Shown: piece by piece, positions 13,187-27,451 of the stretch
Numbering within the stretch: position 1 is the first letter of the stretch
Layout of the letters: each line of letters starts with the position of its first letter
Source of the DNA: Ylistrum balloti
Lineage: Eukaryota
Assembly: GCF_031769215.1 (NCBI RefSeq)
Contig: NW_026782024.1
Location: 1,054,001 to 1,118,000, forward strand
Direction of reading: 5' to 3'
Length of the DNA stretch: 64,000 nucleotides
The notes under the pieces: generated by a model
What the model saw: the letters and a program-made list of their open reading frames with translations, nothing else
Told to the model about the DNA's origin: nothing
Databases searched by the model: none
Program-made: the position numbers and the translations under genes

Positions 13187-16100
13187 TATGGACCGATCAG
13201 TGAGTGTGGAGAGTGGATAGGGACCAATCAGACAGTTGGAGGTTTATATTTAGGAACCAATCATTGAGTGTAAAATGTAGGTAATTTTGAGGAGTAGGTA
13301 TTGACCAATCAGAGAGTATGAGGTGTAGATATGTACCAATCAATAAGTGTTAGGAGTAGGCATAGACAAGTTAGACAGTGTGAGTCGTAGATATGGACCA
13401 ATGAGAGAGAGTGAGGTGCAGATATAGACCAATCACTTAGTGTGAGGACTGGGTATGGACAAGTCAGACTGTGTGAGGTGTAGAAATGGACGACCAATGA
13501 GAGAGTGTGACGTGTAGATATGGACCAATGAGATAGTGTGAGGTGAAGATATGGCCCAATCAGAGAGTGTAAGTTGTAGATATGGACCAATCACAAAGTG
13601 TGAGATGTATTAATGGACCAATTAGAGAGATTGAAGTGTAGGTATGGACCAATCAGAGTGTTAGGTGTTTTTATGGACCAATCAGAGAGTGTGAAGTGTT
13701 AGTATAGATCAATCAGTAAGTGTGAGGAACACGCGTAGCTATCGACAATTCACTGAATGATAATCTGTTCATGACAATCTCTGATACAGATATTAAGAAG
13801 CATCTATGTTTTACAAAATGCTACCATTTTCCTTTAAATACAGTTATTTAGTTCACAAACACCAGTGAACATAGCTTTCCTACTGTTACGTTTTAAGTGC
13901 AACAACGTCATGTTTATCCAGGTTTTTATCTTTTCTTTGACAAGCTTTGACGGGGACCTATGTATAATATATAAAAACAGAACGTAAAACACAGAGCATA
14001 GATCATTTGAGTACATAATGGTCAAAGTTTACCTGCTATACAAATGATTTTAATCTAATCTAGTTTATAATCACATCGGGGGTTAGAGGTAATTGCAATT
14101 GTGATTCAGCAATTTTAAAAGATGGGTGTATAAGTGTTGATGTGGACCTGCAGATAGATTATGGTGACATCGGGTAAAGATTAATTGAAAGATAAAAAAA
14201 TAATAAGTATTATCTGATTGATATGATAAAATTATTGACGTCAGGTTACAAATCAGGTTACCGGTGTTCCTCAACGCCTGAAGTGTGAGGAGTAGGTATG
14301 GCCCAATCACTAAGTGTTAGGAAAAGGTATAAACCAATCGCTGGATGTGAAGTGAAGGTATGAAGCGACAAGTAAGTGTGAGGCGTCGGTATGGAATAAT
14401 CATTGAGCGTGAAGTATTGATATGGACCAATCAGAGAGTGTGATGTGTATATATGGACCAATCAGAGAGTGTGATGTGTAGATATGGACCAATCAATAAA
14501 TGTGATGAGTAGGTATGGACCAATCAGAGAGTGTGAGGTGCATATATGGACCAATCACTTAGTGTGAGGAGTAGGTATGGGCAAGGTAGACAGTGTGAGG
14601 TGTAAATATGGGCCAATGAGAGAGTGTTAGGAGTAGGTATGGCCCAATCACTAAGTGTTAGGAAAAGATATAAACCAATCACTGGATGTGAAGTGAAGGT
14701 ATGAAGCGACAAGTAAGTGTGAGGCGTATGTATGGAATAATCATTGAGTGTGAAGTATTGATGCGGACCAATCAGAGAGTGCGATGTGTATATATGGACC
14801 AATCAGAGAGTGTGATGTGTAGATATGGACCAATCAATAAGTGTGAGGAGTAGGTATGGACCAATGAGAGAGTGTGAGGTGCAGATATGGACCAAGCACT
14901 TAGTGTGAGGACTAGGTATGAACCAATCAGATTGTGCAAAGTTTAGGAAAGAACCAATAACTAAATGTGAGGAGTAGTTATGGATCAATCAGTAAGTGTG
15001 AGGAACACGCGTAGCTATCGACAATTCACTGAATGATAATCTGTTCATGGCAATCTCTGATACAGTTATTAAGAAGCATCTATATTTTACAAAATGCTAC
15101 CATTTTCCTTTAAATACAGTGATTTTGTTCACAAACTCTAATGAAAATAGTTTCCTTCTGTTACTTTTTAAGTGCAACAACGTCATGTTTATCCAGGTTT
15201 TTATCTTTTCTTTGACAAGCTTTGATGGGGACCTATGTATAATATATAAATACAGACACAAAACACAGATCATTGTGTACATAAATAAGGTCATAATGGT
15301 CAAGGCTTAGTTGCTATACAGATAATTGTAATCTTATCTAGTTTATAATCACATCGGGGGTTAGAGGTAATTGGAATTGTGATACAGCAAATTTTAAAAG
15401 ATGGGTGTATAAGTGTTGATATGGACCTGCAGATAGATTATGGTGACACCGGGTGAAGATTGATTGAAACGAAAAGAAAATGATAAGTATATATATTACA
15501 ATTACAATAAAGGCAATTAAAACTGATTGATATGATAAAATTATTGACGTCAGGTTACAAAACAGGTTACCGGTGTTACTCGAAGCCTGAAGTGTGGGGA
15601 GTAGGTATGGACCAATCATTAAGTGTAAGAAGTAGGGATGAAGAAACTAGTGAGTGTGAATAGTATATATTGACCAATCTTTGAGTGTGAAGTGTAGGTA
15701 TGGACCAATCAATAAGTGTGAGGAATAAGTATGGAATAATCATTGAGTGTGAAAAGTAACGACCAATCACTAAGAGTTAGGACTAGGTAAGGACCAATCA
15801 ATTTATGTGATTTGTAGATATAGACTAATCACTAAGTGTGAAGGGTAAGTATGGACAAGTCAGACAGTGTGAGGTGTAGATATTGACCAATTAGAGAGTT
15901 TCACATATAGGTATGGACCAATCAGAGAGTGTCAAGTGTAGATATAGACGTATCATATTGAAGTATAGGTATTGACCAATCATTAAGTATTTGGAGTAGA
16001 TATAGACCTATCAGATATTTTGAGTTGTACACGTTGACCAATCAGAGAGTGTGAAGTGTATATATAGACAATCACTAAATAAGAAGAGTAGGCATGGACC

Positions 16101-16760
16101 AATCAGGGAGTGTGAGGTGTAGATATGGACCAATCACAAAGTGTTAGGAATAGGAACGGACCAATCATTAAGCGTAAGAAGTAGGGATGAAGAAACAACC
16201 AGTGACTTTGAAGAATAGATATGAACCAATCGGTAAGTGTGAGGAGTATGTATGGACCTATCAGATTGTGTGAGTTGTAGACATTAACCAATCCGAGAGT
16301 ATAAAGTGTAAGTATACACCATCACTAAGTGAGAGGAGTAGGTATGGACAAGTCAGACGGTGTGAGGTGTAGACATGGACCAGTCAGTGTGTGTGAAGTG
16401 TAGATATGGACCAATCAGAGATTGTGGAGTGTATGTATAGACCAATCAGTAAGTGTGAGGAAAACGACAATTCACTGAATGATAATCTGTTCATAATGCT
16501 ACAATTTTCCTTTAAATACAGTGATTTAGTTCACAAACACCAGTGAAAATAGCTTTCCTACTGTTATGTTTTAAGTGCAACAACGTCATGTTTATCCGGG
16601 TCTTTATCTTTTCTTTGACAAGCTTTGACGGGGACCTATGTATAATATATAAATACAGACACAAAACACAGAGTATGGATCATTTGAGTACATAATGGTC
16701 AAGGTTAACCTGGTGTACAGATTGTTTTAATCTAATCCAGTTATATAATTACAAATCAGG
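13187..16760. repeat. Composite tandem triplication: 31-bp CCAAT-containing minisatellite blocks alternating with a ~550-bp spacer
   Basis: Unit ~GGACCAATCAGAGAGTGTGAGGTGTAGATAT (starts at 14424, 14455, 14486). The spacer beginning aggaacacgcgtagctatcgacaattcac recurs at ~13724, ~15001 and, shortened, ~16458. Confidence 0.9.
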
Positions 16761-17139
16761 TCCCTCAATGCCCTACACATGGAAAACATTTTCTTTTACA
16801 GTGGTATATCCCACGATGTTCCTGAAAGTCTTGGACGGTGAGAATCTTTTTCAATTTCGGTAAGTATATCTCATAATGTTAATGAAGGTATGGACGGTGA
16901 ACTTAATTGCTTTCAACTCTTGAAGCTTGCGCGCATTTGTTTTTATTTTCGCGGATAAAATTATTCCACGAGCACCTTGAAAGTTGATATATTGATAAGC
17001 TATACATCTACATTTTGATATATAAACCTCACTTTAGACAATGATTTCAAACTTTTCCGCGTCAGTTTATTGTATAATGGTGAAATGCCATTTTTGCTGC
17101 AAGTAGTAACTGATATAATGGAAGTAAACTCATTTTATG

Positions 17140-17645
17140 ATATAATAGAAAATAATGCACTAGAACTACGATATAATATGATATAATATAAAATAATACA
17201 CTAGTACTACGATATAATATGATATAATATAAAATAATACACTAGTACTACGATATAATATGATATAATAAAAAATAATACACTAGTACTACGATATAAT
17301 ATGATATAATATAAAATAATACACAAGTACTATGATATAATATAAAATAATACACAAGTACTACGATATAATATGATATAATATAAAATAATACACTAGT
17401 ACTACGATATAATATGATATAATATAAAATGATACACAAGTACTACGATATAATATGATATAATATAAAATAATACACTAGTACAACGATATAATATGAT
17501 GTAATATAAAATAATACATTAGTACTACGATATAATATGATATGATATAAAATAATACACAAGTACTTTGATATAATATAAAATAATACACTAGTACTAT
17601 GATATAATATGATATAATATAAAATAATACACTAATACTACGATT
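17140..17645. repeat. 41-bp AT-rich minisatellite, ~12 copies
   Basis: Unit TAGTACTACGATATAATATGATATAATATAAAATAATACAC (starts at 17161, 17202). Confidence 0.92.
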
Positions 17646-18169
17646 TGATACACTGTAGTGCAATTCCATCTCCAGAGAAACACAGAGGACATATGAACCA
17701 TAATATATCATTTCTACAAAATAACAAAATAATTATAGTATTAAACAAATTTATTTAGCAAAATGTAAATTTAAGTTATATCCAAAGCCTTGTCGTCATT
17801 ATGCCCAAAGACTTTAGACAGATTATGTGTTTATGTGGCAGAAATACGTGTTGTCAAGTAATTAAGTCAAGTTACCTGGAATAAATGATATCAATATTAT
17901 ATCATTAGATCCTATATGTTTGACAAGTTAGACATGTTTGGTCTGGCTACCTTGATCATTCATCATTATATGGATAACTCATCCTTGTTGGAAATGGTAT
18001 CTAAACCCTTTCTGCATCCTGATACGGAGTCGGTATCAATATACGCACCATAGAACACCCTTTGTACGTATCATACTTCCACCAATGAACAAGAACACTA
18101 CACTTGTGTACTTTACCTCCTTCCATCATAAAAACATCATCATACTTCAACACATATTCTACATTTTCT

Positions 18170-18635
18170 TCCGACACCCAGAGAAAAACAGGGGGAAAGT
18201 TCTTGAGATTCTACCATCCCTTCCAATACCAGAGAAACATAGAGGGCAGGGTCTATCTTCCATTTTAATATGAGAGAAATACATAGGCAGAGTCTATATT
18301 CCCTTCCAATACCAGAGAAACATAGAGGGCAGAGTCTATCTTCTATTTTAATACGAGAGAAATGCATAGAGCATATTCTATACTCCCTCCCAATACCAGA
18401 TAAACATAGATGGCAGGGTCTATCTTCTATTTTAATACGAAAAAAATACATAGGCAGAGTTGGTCTTCCATTTTAATACGAGAAAAATACACAGGACATG
18501 TTCTATACTCCCCTCCAATAACAGAGAATCACAGAGGGCAGAGTCTATCTTCCATTTTAATACGAAAGAAATACAGAGAAAAATGCTATACTCCCTTCCA
18601 ATAACAGAGAATCACAGAGGGCAGAGTCTATCTTG
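18170..18635. repeat. Degenerate ~41-42-bp minisatellite with ~83-bp dimer periodicity
   Basis: ttccaataccagagaaacatagagggcag at 18221 and 18304, with further diverged copies. Confidence 0.85.
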
Positions 18636-21242
18636 TTAAGGTTATCTTCGTGTTGATCCAACCTATAAATGAATGTCATCGTATCAAGCATCAGACTTAT
18701 ATCAAGAATCAACAAAACGAGGTCATGACTGAAGTCCCAGATCAAGTATACTCAGACGTTTTATATCGCAACAAAAAACATGGTTGATGTCGGAGTCGCA
18801 AGTTATCGATATCATGAGCTTTTATTTAATTACAGCTGTGTCGTCTTGACCTATATAGATGATATAATATTGTTTATGATCTGATAACACACTGATCAAT
18901 AGCATACATTGGTAACAATGGAACTATGATACTATAATGCGCAGGTCATGGCTTTACAGATGTAAACAAAGGGTAATTGTGGGGAGGGCAAGGGGTGTGT
19001 GTTGGGTTGTCTCGCGTTTTTAACCATGACTGTTCCTATTGTCTTGTATATCTAACGAATCACGTGCCCCTGGTCGATTTTGATGATTTTTAATTATTCT
19101 AGTATATATGTATAGTACCTTAGATAAATCATATCTTGCATCCATTAAAAAACAAAATCTGCTGCTAAACAAATGACTTCATTACGGAGTAAAAACTACG
19201 TCATTATGCTGTCATCTTAGAGGGAATATAGCGTTTTAAAAAGAGATTTCAACAAAAATGCAGGCGAATTTATAAATGAACATAAATCTAGATGGGTAGA
19301 TAATAATTTGTGCCCTTGTCTGCTTCCTTATATCCGGATAGTCCTTCTGATGCATATTACTTTTAATGAAAAAAAATTCAGGTGAAATATTGAAATGTAT
19401 CGTAATAGTGTTGACAAAAATTCGGCGATTTTCCCGTTTGGACGTGAATGAAGCAAAAACTTGACTCAGTCTTTTTTATGAAAACTGTTCTGTTTACGAT
19501 TCGAATGTCCTCTGGTTTGATATCTAAAAACAGATTTGTAAGCTGGTTTACCAGAAAACATTTTAAAAAAATGTTGAAATACTACTTTAAGTGTCCAATT
19601 CAAAATGGCATCGTCTTGTTGTCAAGGGTAGCAAAAATATGAAATGGCACAGAAATTGTTGATGTTTTCCGAAATTGTTAACACTTCGTTATTAAACATC
19701 TTTGGATCAGTCTTTTTTGTTGTTTATTTTAAAGATGAAACACAAAATCAATGGTTTCTTTTCAAACGTCTTTTATATTTCACTCTCTTGACAAATTTTG
19801 TCTATTGTTTCAGTTGTGCTTCACACTCATCACAAATCTTAAACTAATATCATACTCGTGAATCGTTATCATTAAAATCCTCTATATATTCAACGCTTGT
19901 GTAGGCTCGTTTAGGTTGTCGAATCCAGGTCGAGATAATTATCATTTATCGTAGCGGAATTTCTTTTTTAAGTTGAAAGGTATAAAGAAAATGACCGAAT
20001 GATGTACACGAAGTTTAAGTCATGATTCCGCCGGGACGTGATAAAAAAAAAATAGAAATTAAAAAAAAAACCAAGAACAAGTTTTGCAATATGTTTTGTT
20101 CAAAATTTCGACAGATCGTCAAACGTTTTACTTTGAAAATTATGAACATCGGTTTTTATCGACTTTAATTTGAGCTAAATGATTTTTAACCAAATTGTAA
20201 ATCCGTTTGGGAGACACAGATATCTGTTGATTAACCAACTAATTTTATAACGATAATATCATTCTGCAAGTATTAAAAAATATCACAGATCACGATAAGG
20301 TATTTGCGAAGTCTTCTTCTCCAAAGGTCACCACAACATCGCGATTATATCGTCATTTGTGATATTACTTGAAAAAAATTATTCTTTTATATTTACTATT
20401 TTCATATTCAACTTATATCACAGAGCACAATACACACACTCGTATATATGTGTATATATATAATGTTTTGAGCTCCAAGTTCTATGACAAATGTAAATAT
20501 AATTACATGTAAAGCCTTCAGTTCACCGTTATATCACAGGTACGATACAAGTATAGAGTATCTCGGCTACAAGTTAAAACATTTCTGAGTTACATCAGAA
20601 ATTAATGATATGACTAGTAATATGCTTGTTATAAACATTGGGAATATAACACAACTTGAGTATAATATTGATGTGAATACATACTTCAGATGGCTCATTC
20701 CACGAACACCAACTCTGCCAATTTGAAAGGAAGGTGTTTGTATAGGGAATCCTTTGAAGCTAAATTATATTCTGTTTCAACTTAAAATGTCAACTTATTT
20801 TGTAAATAAGATACTTACATATCAATAATGAAATTAGATAAAGTTTCTATTTGTCTTAATTATTTGTAAAACATTTTTTAGATTAAAAAAGTATTATAAA
20901 ATAGTTATTAAATATTAATATTTGCTATTATTATTCATGATGATTATCATGTAAGATTATGTTTAATTAATAAATAAAATTAATTAAGTCACATTGATAT
21001 ACTGATGTCAGCAATTAAATTGAATTTGTATTTATACATGTAATAGTAAATCAATATGCGCATTTTAACACTAAAATAAACTATCATTTAAAATAAACAG
21101 TAAACCCCTAAATGAAGCTGAATTAGCACTGACTTGTTAATCTATGACAATACATTATCGACTTTATCTAGATATTATGTCCTTTTGCAACCTTTGATAG
21201 TCAAGTACTATATAAGTCTCTACTAGAAAACACAAAAACATT

Positions 21243-21596
21243 CTATCCAAGATGGAGAAGCTCAGTTGGTGAATCAGCATAGGTCATCGGGTCGATCGTC
21301 CCAGTCTGATAACGGTCCTTCCATGTGGCCAGGCGTCTTTCAATATTGGCGTAGTTCTTCTTCCGGGGTTGAATAGTGCCTCCCGCATCTCTCTGAATAT
21401 TGCTGATGTCATTCATGTTCTGTATGTCCTTAAGCGTCTGGATGATGGTGTAGTTGTTGGGGTTGGCATGCAGTGCCTTCTTCTTCAGTCTCCAGAATGT
21501 CCTGTTGCCGTTCCTTCGAATCTGTCTGTAGATGAATCCATTATGTCCGCCTCTTCTGTTGGTGTTGAACTTAACGTTGATCTGAGCGTTAGCCAT
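21243..21596 (-). mobile_element. Internally deleted FLYWCH/Mutator-like (MULE) transposase remnant
   Basis: N-terminal NRRGGHNGFIY..RRNGNRTFWR resembles the start of a FLYWCH domain. It is joined to a MULE-type C-terminus, HANP..IIQTLKDIQ...Q..AGG..QPRKKNY..IERRL..WKDRYQTG..Y.D. The DDE core is absent and no TIRs were identified. Confidence 0.65.
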
Positions 21597-22229
21597 ACTT
21601 TACTTGTATCAAACCACAAAGATGATAATATCACTCAAATTACACACACTTTACACTAAGCTGAAAAAAGTACAAGATTAACTAATATATATGACAAAAG
21701 TTATGATAATTTCCACTAAACTAAACTGATGCTTCTAAGTGCAGATTGAAACATAATAATTGTCCAAAATCTACTGGGCTTTTAGACATTTCCCATTGAA
21801 CATTTAATATTCTTTTATTTTACATGTATTAACAGTTATCAGAACTTGATTATCTGATTTACCTGTACAAGTTACCTGTACAATAATTATGCATCAGACT
21901 TTAGCGGACAACTGACCTCCCATGTAAACATGTTGTCATAGGCAGAGTTGGTGTTCAGGGAAGACCCCGTTCAGATATATAATGGGAATTGATAGATGTG
22001 TTTGACTAAATATCTCTATGACACGTCACAAAATCATTGAAACAACAAACACGTTGATTCAACTTTTCTTTACGATGACATAAATGGTGAAACATTGGAC
22101 TCTTCTGTTTCGTTAAACTTATTTTTTAAATACAATATATCTGATGTTGAACAGTTTTTATTTAATATATATTGTACATTGACTCAAAGAAAGCTTAATT
22201 GAGACTGCAAATATTATTTATTTTAATGT

Positions 22230-24100
22230 GACCAGGTGAATTATTTCACCTAATTAAATAATGTATTTTATGGCAGCGAGGTATTTGATGTTCAGCGACT
22301 GAAGCTGGTTTTGTTGCAATTTAACTCCAAATAATAACAATAAGAATATTGATTGTTGTTAAAGGTGATTTTATTAATGACAAATGAAAAATGGGAAACT
22401 ACAAGTTCACAATTTTAAATGATTGATCGTAATTATGACGTAATATGAAGTAAAATGACTTCAGATAATACGTACCAACAAAGATGGGATACAAAAAATA
22501 GGGCAGTAAAAAAATAGCAACAGAATGATAAGAGATACAGGCACAAAATTACTTAAAATTATGGGTGGTTGATGATGGGTGGGTTGTTTTGGAAACAAAA
22601 TAAAAACAAAAACTTCAGAAATATCGCAATGAATGGAGAGGCCAAACAATTTTTTTTCACTGTGGTCAAGAGGACGCGTGCAGGCTCTGACCCCAACAGG
22701 TCAAGAGGACGCGTGCAGGCTCTGACCCCAACAGTGCGCAGTGCGCTGATTGGTTCGTATCAGGAATGCGGTAATGATGATTGGTCCATTGAAATAGATG
22801 ACGCATCAGTTCTGCGTCCTCAGTTCACGCGATAGCTAGATATATCATTTATTAAATTGTGGCCAGGTGAACTATTTCATCTAATTGAATAATATATTTT
22901 ATTTTCAGGTAGCTGATTGTATTGATATAACATGTAATAATTGTGTTCTTTTAATTATTTGGCTTCTTTTATATGATTAGTGTATATGTATGTAAAATTG
23001 TGTATTGTTAAGATATTATGCAAATTAGGGTCTATATTGCATATATTGATGAATTTCTTAGTGTATAATTACAGTGCAGTACCTGTATTATGTGTAATGC
23101 AGACTAAGGACTTGTTATATCTATATAAAGGTACTGGTGATGTATATGGAAAGTGGTACCAGCTTACCTGAGTATCAGTGTTGTTTATATTCTATGTATA
23201 GGTATGGAAATGTGACCTACCTGCCTATGTATTGTACAGTATTACCTATACTGTCCATGTCTTGTCTGCATGATATTTGTATGTAATGTCCATAGCTAAC
23301 TTGACCCGTGTCATGACCTTTTAATTGACCTTTTATTTTACTGACTGTGCTTTGGGAGGGAAAGTTCTTTGTGTAAATTGTTTTGTGCAGAAGGAAAAGA
23401 GCTTTGGTTAGTGATAGGTGTGGTTTGCACCTCTCTGGAATTCATTCTTTATTTCCCTTGTAGGAGCCAGCTTAATTTATGGTACTGTAATAATGTGATA
23501 CAGAAACTGTCCTTTGTTTAAACTTATCTTAACTGATCGGTTTGAGGCGTGTGATCGTCAACCCATAGTCGAGGTAAGCATAATAGGTTATTTTATTGTT
23601 ATTTACATTTTGGTAATTGTACTTTAATTCATATGTGTAGTGAGATTATATACTATTAATAGCAGGATAGTGAATTCTATTGTTTCGTAGTATTCATATT
23701 GTAAATTGTATATTTGGTAAATGTAATGTAGATATGGATCATATCCAATATCTTGGTAATTGCTATATATCTATATCTGTATTGTTTATAGTTTAGACAT
23801 GTGGATTGCCTCCCCTGGTGGTATCAGATTTAGGAGTGATACTTGTCTTTGTGTTTATAGTATCAATATATGTTATTTATCATTGACAAGTAAATATATG
23901 TATATAATAATGCTATTGATAGTGATGTAGCTTGATATTGTTAACATTATATTAAGAAATGTATTTTAATTGTGTATTGCAGGTTCTTGGTACGCCTTCC
24001 TTTAGATACCTACCATAGGGCTTGTCTATTGTTACCTTCAACTGTGACTCACTGCAATAAATGAAAGAACCCGACCCGGTTGTTCTAGTCATCCTTTACA
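22230..24100 (+). mobile_element. Solo-LTR-like segment
   Basis: GC-richer promoter-like part with a 35-bp tandem duplication (22664-22733) and two ATTGG boxes; donor GAG|gtaagc at ~23575; acceptor ttgcag at ~23982; AATAAA at ~24056; ends in ..TTTACA at 24100. Left edge and TSD not found. Confidence 0.3.
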
Positions 24101-24470
24101 AGGCCCAAGTACAACCCAGTTACAAAATTGCGATACACAAATAAAATCATGATAAGGTCTCATGGATATGCAGAAAATGTGTTGAAAGATTTCACCACCA
24201 AACTCTATTTTGTAATTCAGAAATTTTATCATTCTCAGGATTTTTACGTGTCTCTGTTTGGCTTTAGACGTATTTGGACAATGCGTCATAAACTGGTTCA
24301 CAGTCATAAGTATGTACTGCTGTTCTTTAAAAAGAAGTTCCTTTAGCTCGGAAGTGGTTATAGTAGTAAACTGATTAGGAAAATAAAATTCTTTACTCGG
24401 GTAAGATCGTTCAATATTGATCAAAGAAAAACTATTTAATCGTCTATTCAACTGTTTAGATGAAGTCAAG
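24100..24470 (-). mobile_element. Penelope-like RT remnant
   Basis: IKFLNYKIEFGGEIFQHIFCISM resembles the Penelope-type segment L(I)DNIFVEFGG..FQQ..GIPMG. Confidence 0.55.
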
Positions 24471-25639
24471 ATTTTGAAATCGTCACCAATATGACCTCAT
24501 GGATCTTTAGTTACCAGTACGACTTTGACAATTTTAAGTGATATCTGTCAGGTTATTGTTATAACAAGTATATCCTACGTAAGAAACAAATCTAAAACAG
24601 GTCCTATAACGTCATCAACAGATCAATAACTATTGGAGGGGAGATAACTCCTGCAAGTTAGAGCCGTGTCGGTTTATCAACAAAATAAATAAAATAGAAA
24701 TAAGAGAGGTGGTTATTAATTGCTAGCAAACCAATACGAGTATTTTGATATTTCATTTATCAATGAAATAAAACCGGTATTTGATTCGAACAGACTAGTA
24801 AATTGTCATTAGTCAGTGCGTACAAAGTCGAATCCTGTCTTCGTTATTATTCTCCAAGATCTAAAGCTGATTGTTTATTGTTTACATTGACTAGGTAGAT
24901 TTTTTTTTTTTTTATTTTTTTTTTTTTTTTTTTTTTTTAGAAACGAGTCGTCATACCTTTACTTCTTGAGAATTGACTACATATTGAAAAAATCTCACAG
25001 TGACATTTTAAAATCCACATACATGCTATCAGATTCTATTATTTTTTGGGTTTAACAATTGAAAGTTTTTTTTCTTCTTCTTGTGTATGTTTTTGTTTAT
25101 TTTTTTAGACGTTTTTGTATTGTCTTGCGTGTCTTTTGTAAATGTTTTTCAATTTGTTAGATAATTCATTTTGCTTTCAGTACACATTTTTATTTGTATA
25201 CAAGACCACGTGACATTTATATGACCTTCTACACCATTATTGATTACTAATGTCCAAAGAAGATATTTTCGTTACTATCATGGAAAGACGTTTGTTGGTA
25301 TAAATTATTTTTGGTTAAGTTCTTGCGATGGAAATTAAGACCATCATTAACATTGAGTCTCTGCTTCACCTCGTCTCCCATCTACTTGACTGACTTTCTA
25401 CCTTCCCAAGTTCAAATAACTAATAAATATAAAATAATTATTTTCAAAATATTTATTTATTCAAAGCATCAATTCAGCAATGTTTACATTGCATTTCATT
25501 TTTTCTTTAATTACAAGTACACAACTTCTTAAAACGACGAAAAAGGCACGAAACAGTCGCCTTCTTCACTTACTCGACGTCAATTATGTTCGTTCCCGAA
25601 CAGACTTGCACGATCTTCCAAAACTATACTATTTAAAAC

Positions 25640-26345
25640 TTTTTATTAATAATAGAACACAAATACCTCACAAATACCGGGCAAAGTCCTCCAATTTCAG
25701 TCTCTTCTATATCTGAGGCATCTCGATCTTTTCCTACAATGAAGCCAGCATGGGCAGCTTGCAAATAAACTTTATAATTTCAATTTCCTATTGATAACCT
25801 CCAACATTCCCAACCTGTGATATCTACATGTCGCAGTTGATCCTGTTTCAAGGGCCTGTTCCAAATTCGAGCAAGATGTCAGCTTACAAACTCATGACAT
25901 AATGTTGATTGTAGGTAGATTAAAATTATGGGGACGTTTAAGGGACATCATAGTGATCTCATTGTGATATGTTCTATATCTGAACGTGATTGATGCTCGT
26001 CAGTTTGCCTGTTGGTTTCATTGCCGTATACCTTCTTCTCATTTGAGAAAACTAAATTGCATACCTTGATTGATCACGATTTACACAACGGATGCCGTCA
26101 ATGAAGCAGAAGACGCTTACATTTCCAGAACACTTGGTCTTTTTTCAGGAGTCTCCGTGTAAATCTACTTTTTGGCTTAGTTTTATTGAATTTGAATCTG
26201 GATTTTGATTACTCACACTTTTTATGACAATAGTCTGTATGAAGATCCTACTACCAAACTCGACGAAGATTTTGTCAATCAGAAAGCGATTATTTTTATG
26301 ACTTCGTCCTTGGTATATGTCTTTTTGATTGGAGGGCATTTTTCA
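25640..26345. mobile_element. Penelope-like remnants in opposed orientation
   Basis: The + strand ~25700-25960 gives a frameshifted SNIP..IYMSQLILF..ACSKFEQ, followed by a 3' motif (GAAGCAGAAGACGCTTAC..CCAGAACAC.TGGTC). The - strand 26145-26339 gives FLIDKIFVEFGSRIFIQTIVI. Confidence 0.65.
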
Positions 26346-26925
26346 TGAAATATGAATCAGTATGATTATCTCTGCGCCAGTGTTTTTTTTTTTTAATTAA
26401 CACTTTGTAGTTAATTACCAGTATATTTCCGCCCTACAACGTCTCATACAGAAATCTAAAGGTAATTTGTACTTGTGGCTGATGCCAGTTGAAAAGGATA
26501 GTACCAAAAGTTCATATTGTCGTCGGTGAATGTTACGACTTGAGAAAAGAAAGATTTGTGTTGTTCTTTACACTTAGATGTACCTTTGATGTCTTAACAG
26601 TAGTCTAATAATTTTGTTGTGTGTAAATGTGACCTTTTTAACATGACATATATATGGTTGTTGTAATAACAAAATATGTGGAATCTTGATATCGTATTTT
26701 TTCTGTTGTTAAAGAGATTACTAACAGTTGTATAAAAGACTTATTATATGTTAAAGCAAATCTGTGGTTATTTTTATTGTTTGTATTCAAGGTGTTCTAT
26801 GATTGATCTCTTTTGTCTTTTTGTACACAATTTCTACTATGTAGTAGGGGTTATAAGATTCATTTGGTCTCTGTAGATGCTTTAACATACTATCTATATT
26901 GATAAAATATAAAGATTGAAGCCGT

Positions 26926-27211
26926 GAGAGTAGGGTATTGAAATTGCATTGAATCTGTGGTATCATTTAAATTGTAGTGTTGAGAGTGTAGTATTGAAAT
27001 TGCATTGAATCTGTGGTATCATTTAAATTGTAGTGTTGAGAGTGTGGTATTGAAATTGCATCGAAGCTGTGGTATCATTTAAATTGTAGTGTTGAGAGTG
27101 TGGTATTGAAATTGCATTGAATCTGTGGTATCATTTAAATTGTAGTGTTGAGAGTGTGGTATTGAAATTGCATTGAAGCTGTGGTATCATTTAAATTGTA
27201 GTGTTGAGAGT
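26926..27211. repeat. 56-bp minisatellite, 5 copies
   Basis: Unit GAGAGTGTGGTATTGAAATTGCATTGAATCTGTGGTATCATTTAAATTGTAGTGTT starting at 26926, 26982, 27038, 27094 and 27150; ~240 bp past the copy-2 stop codon. Confidence 0.95.
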
Positions 27212-27451
27212 TCAAATTAAATCTTTAGGTCTACTGAGAAAAAGTATTTTGCATAAAAAATTATCCGCGTTTCTTATGTTCTTTCATGATAATAAGAAAA
27301 AGGGAGATAATTTAATTGGTTGTTTGACTTTTTATTATGTGCATATATATTTATATTCTCATAACTATAGGAAACGCAACCTGTGCCAGGAATATTAAAA
27401 ACGAAGATAGAGCCATTTAAAAAGAATCATACACTCAATTGTCTCTTGTCT

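Noticed and set aside
16803-16859. Plus-strand segment with a good acceptor and donor
   Set aside because: No partner exons or recognisable peptide; cannot be supported without transcripts.
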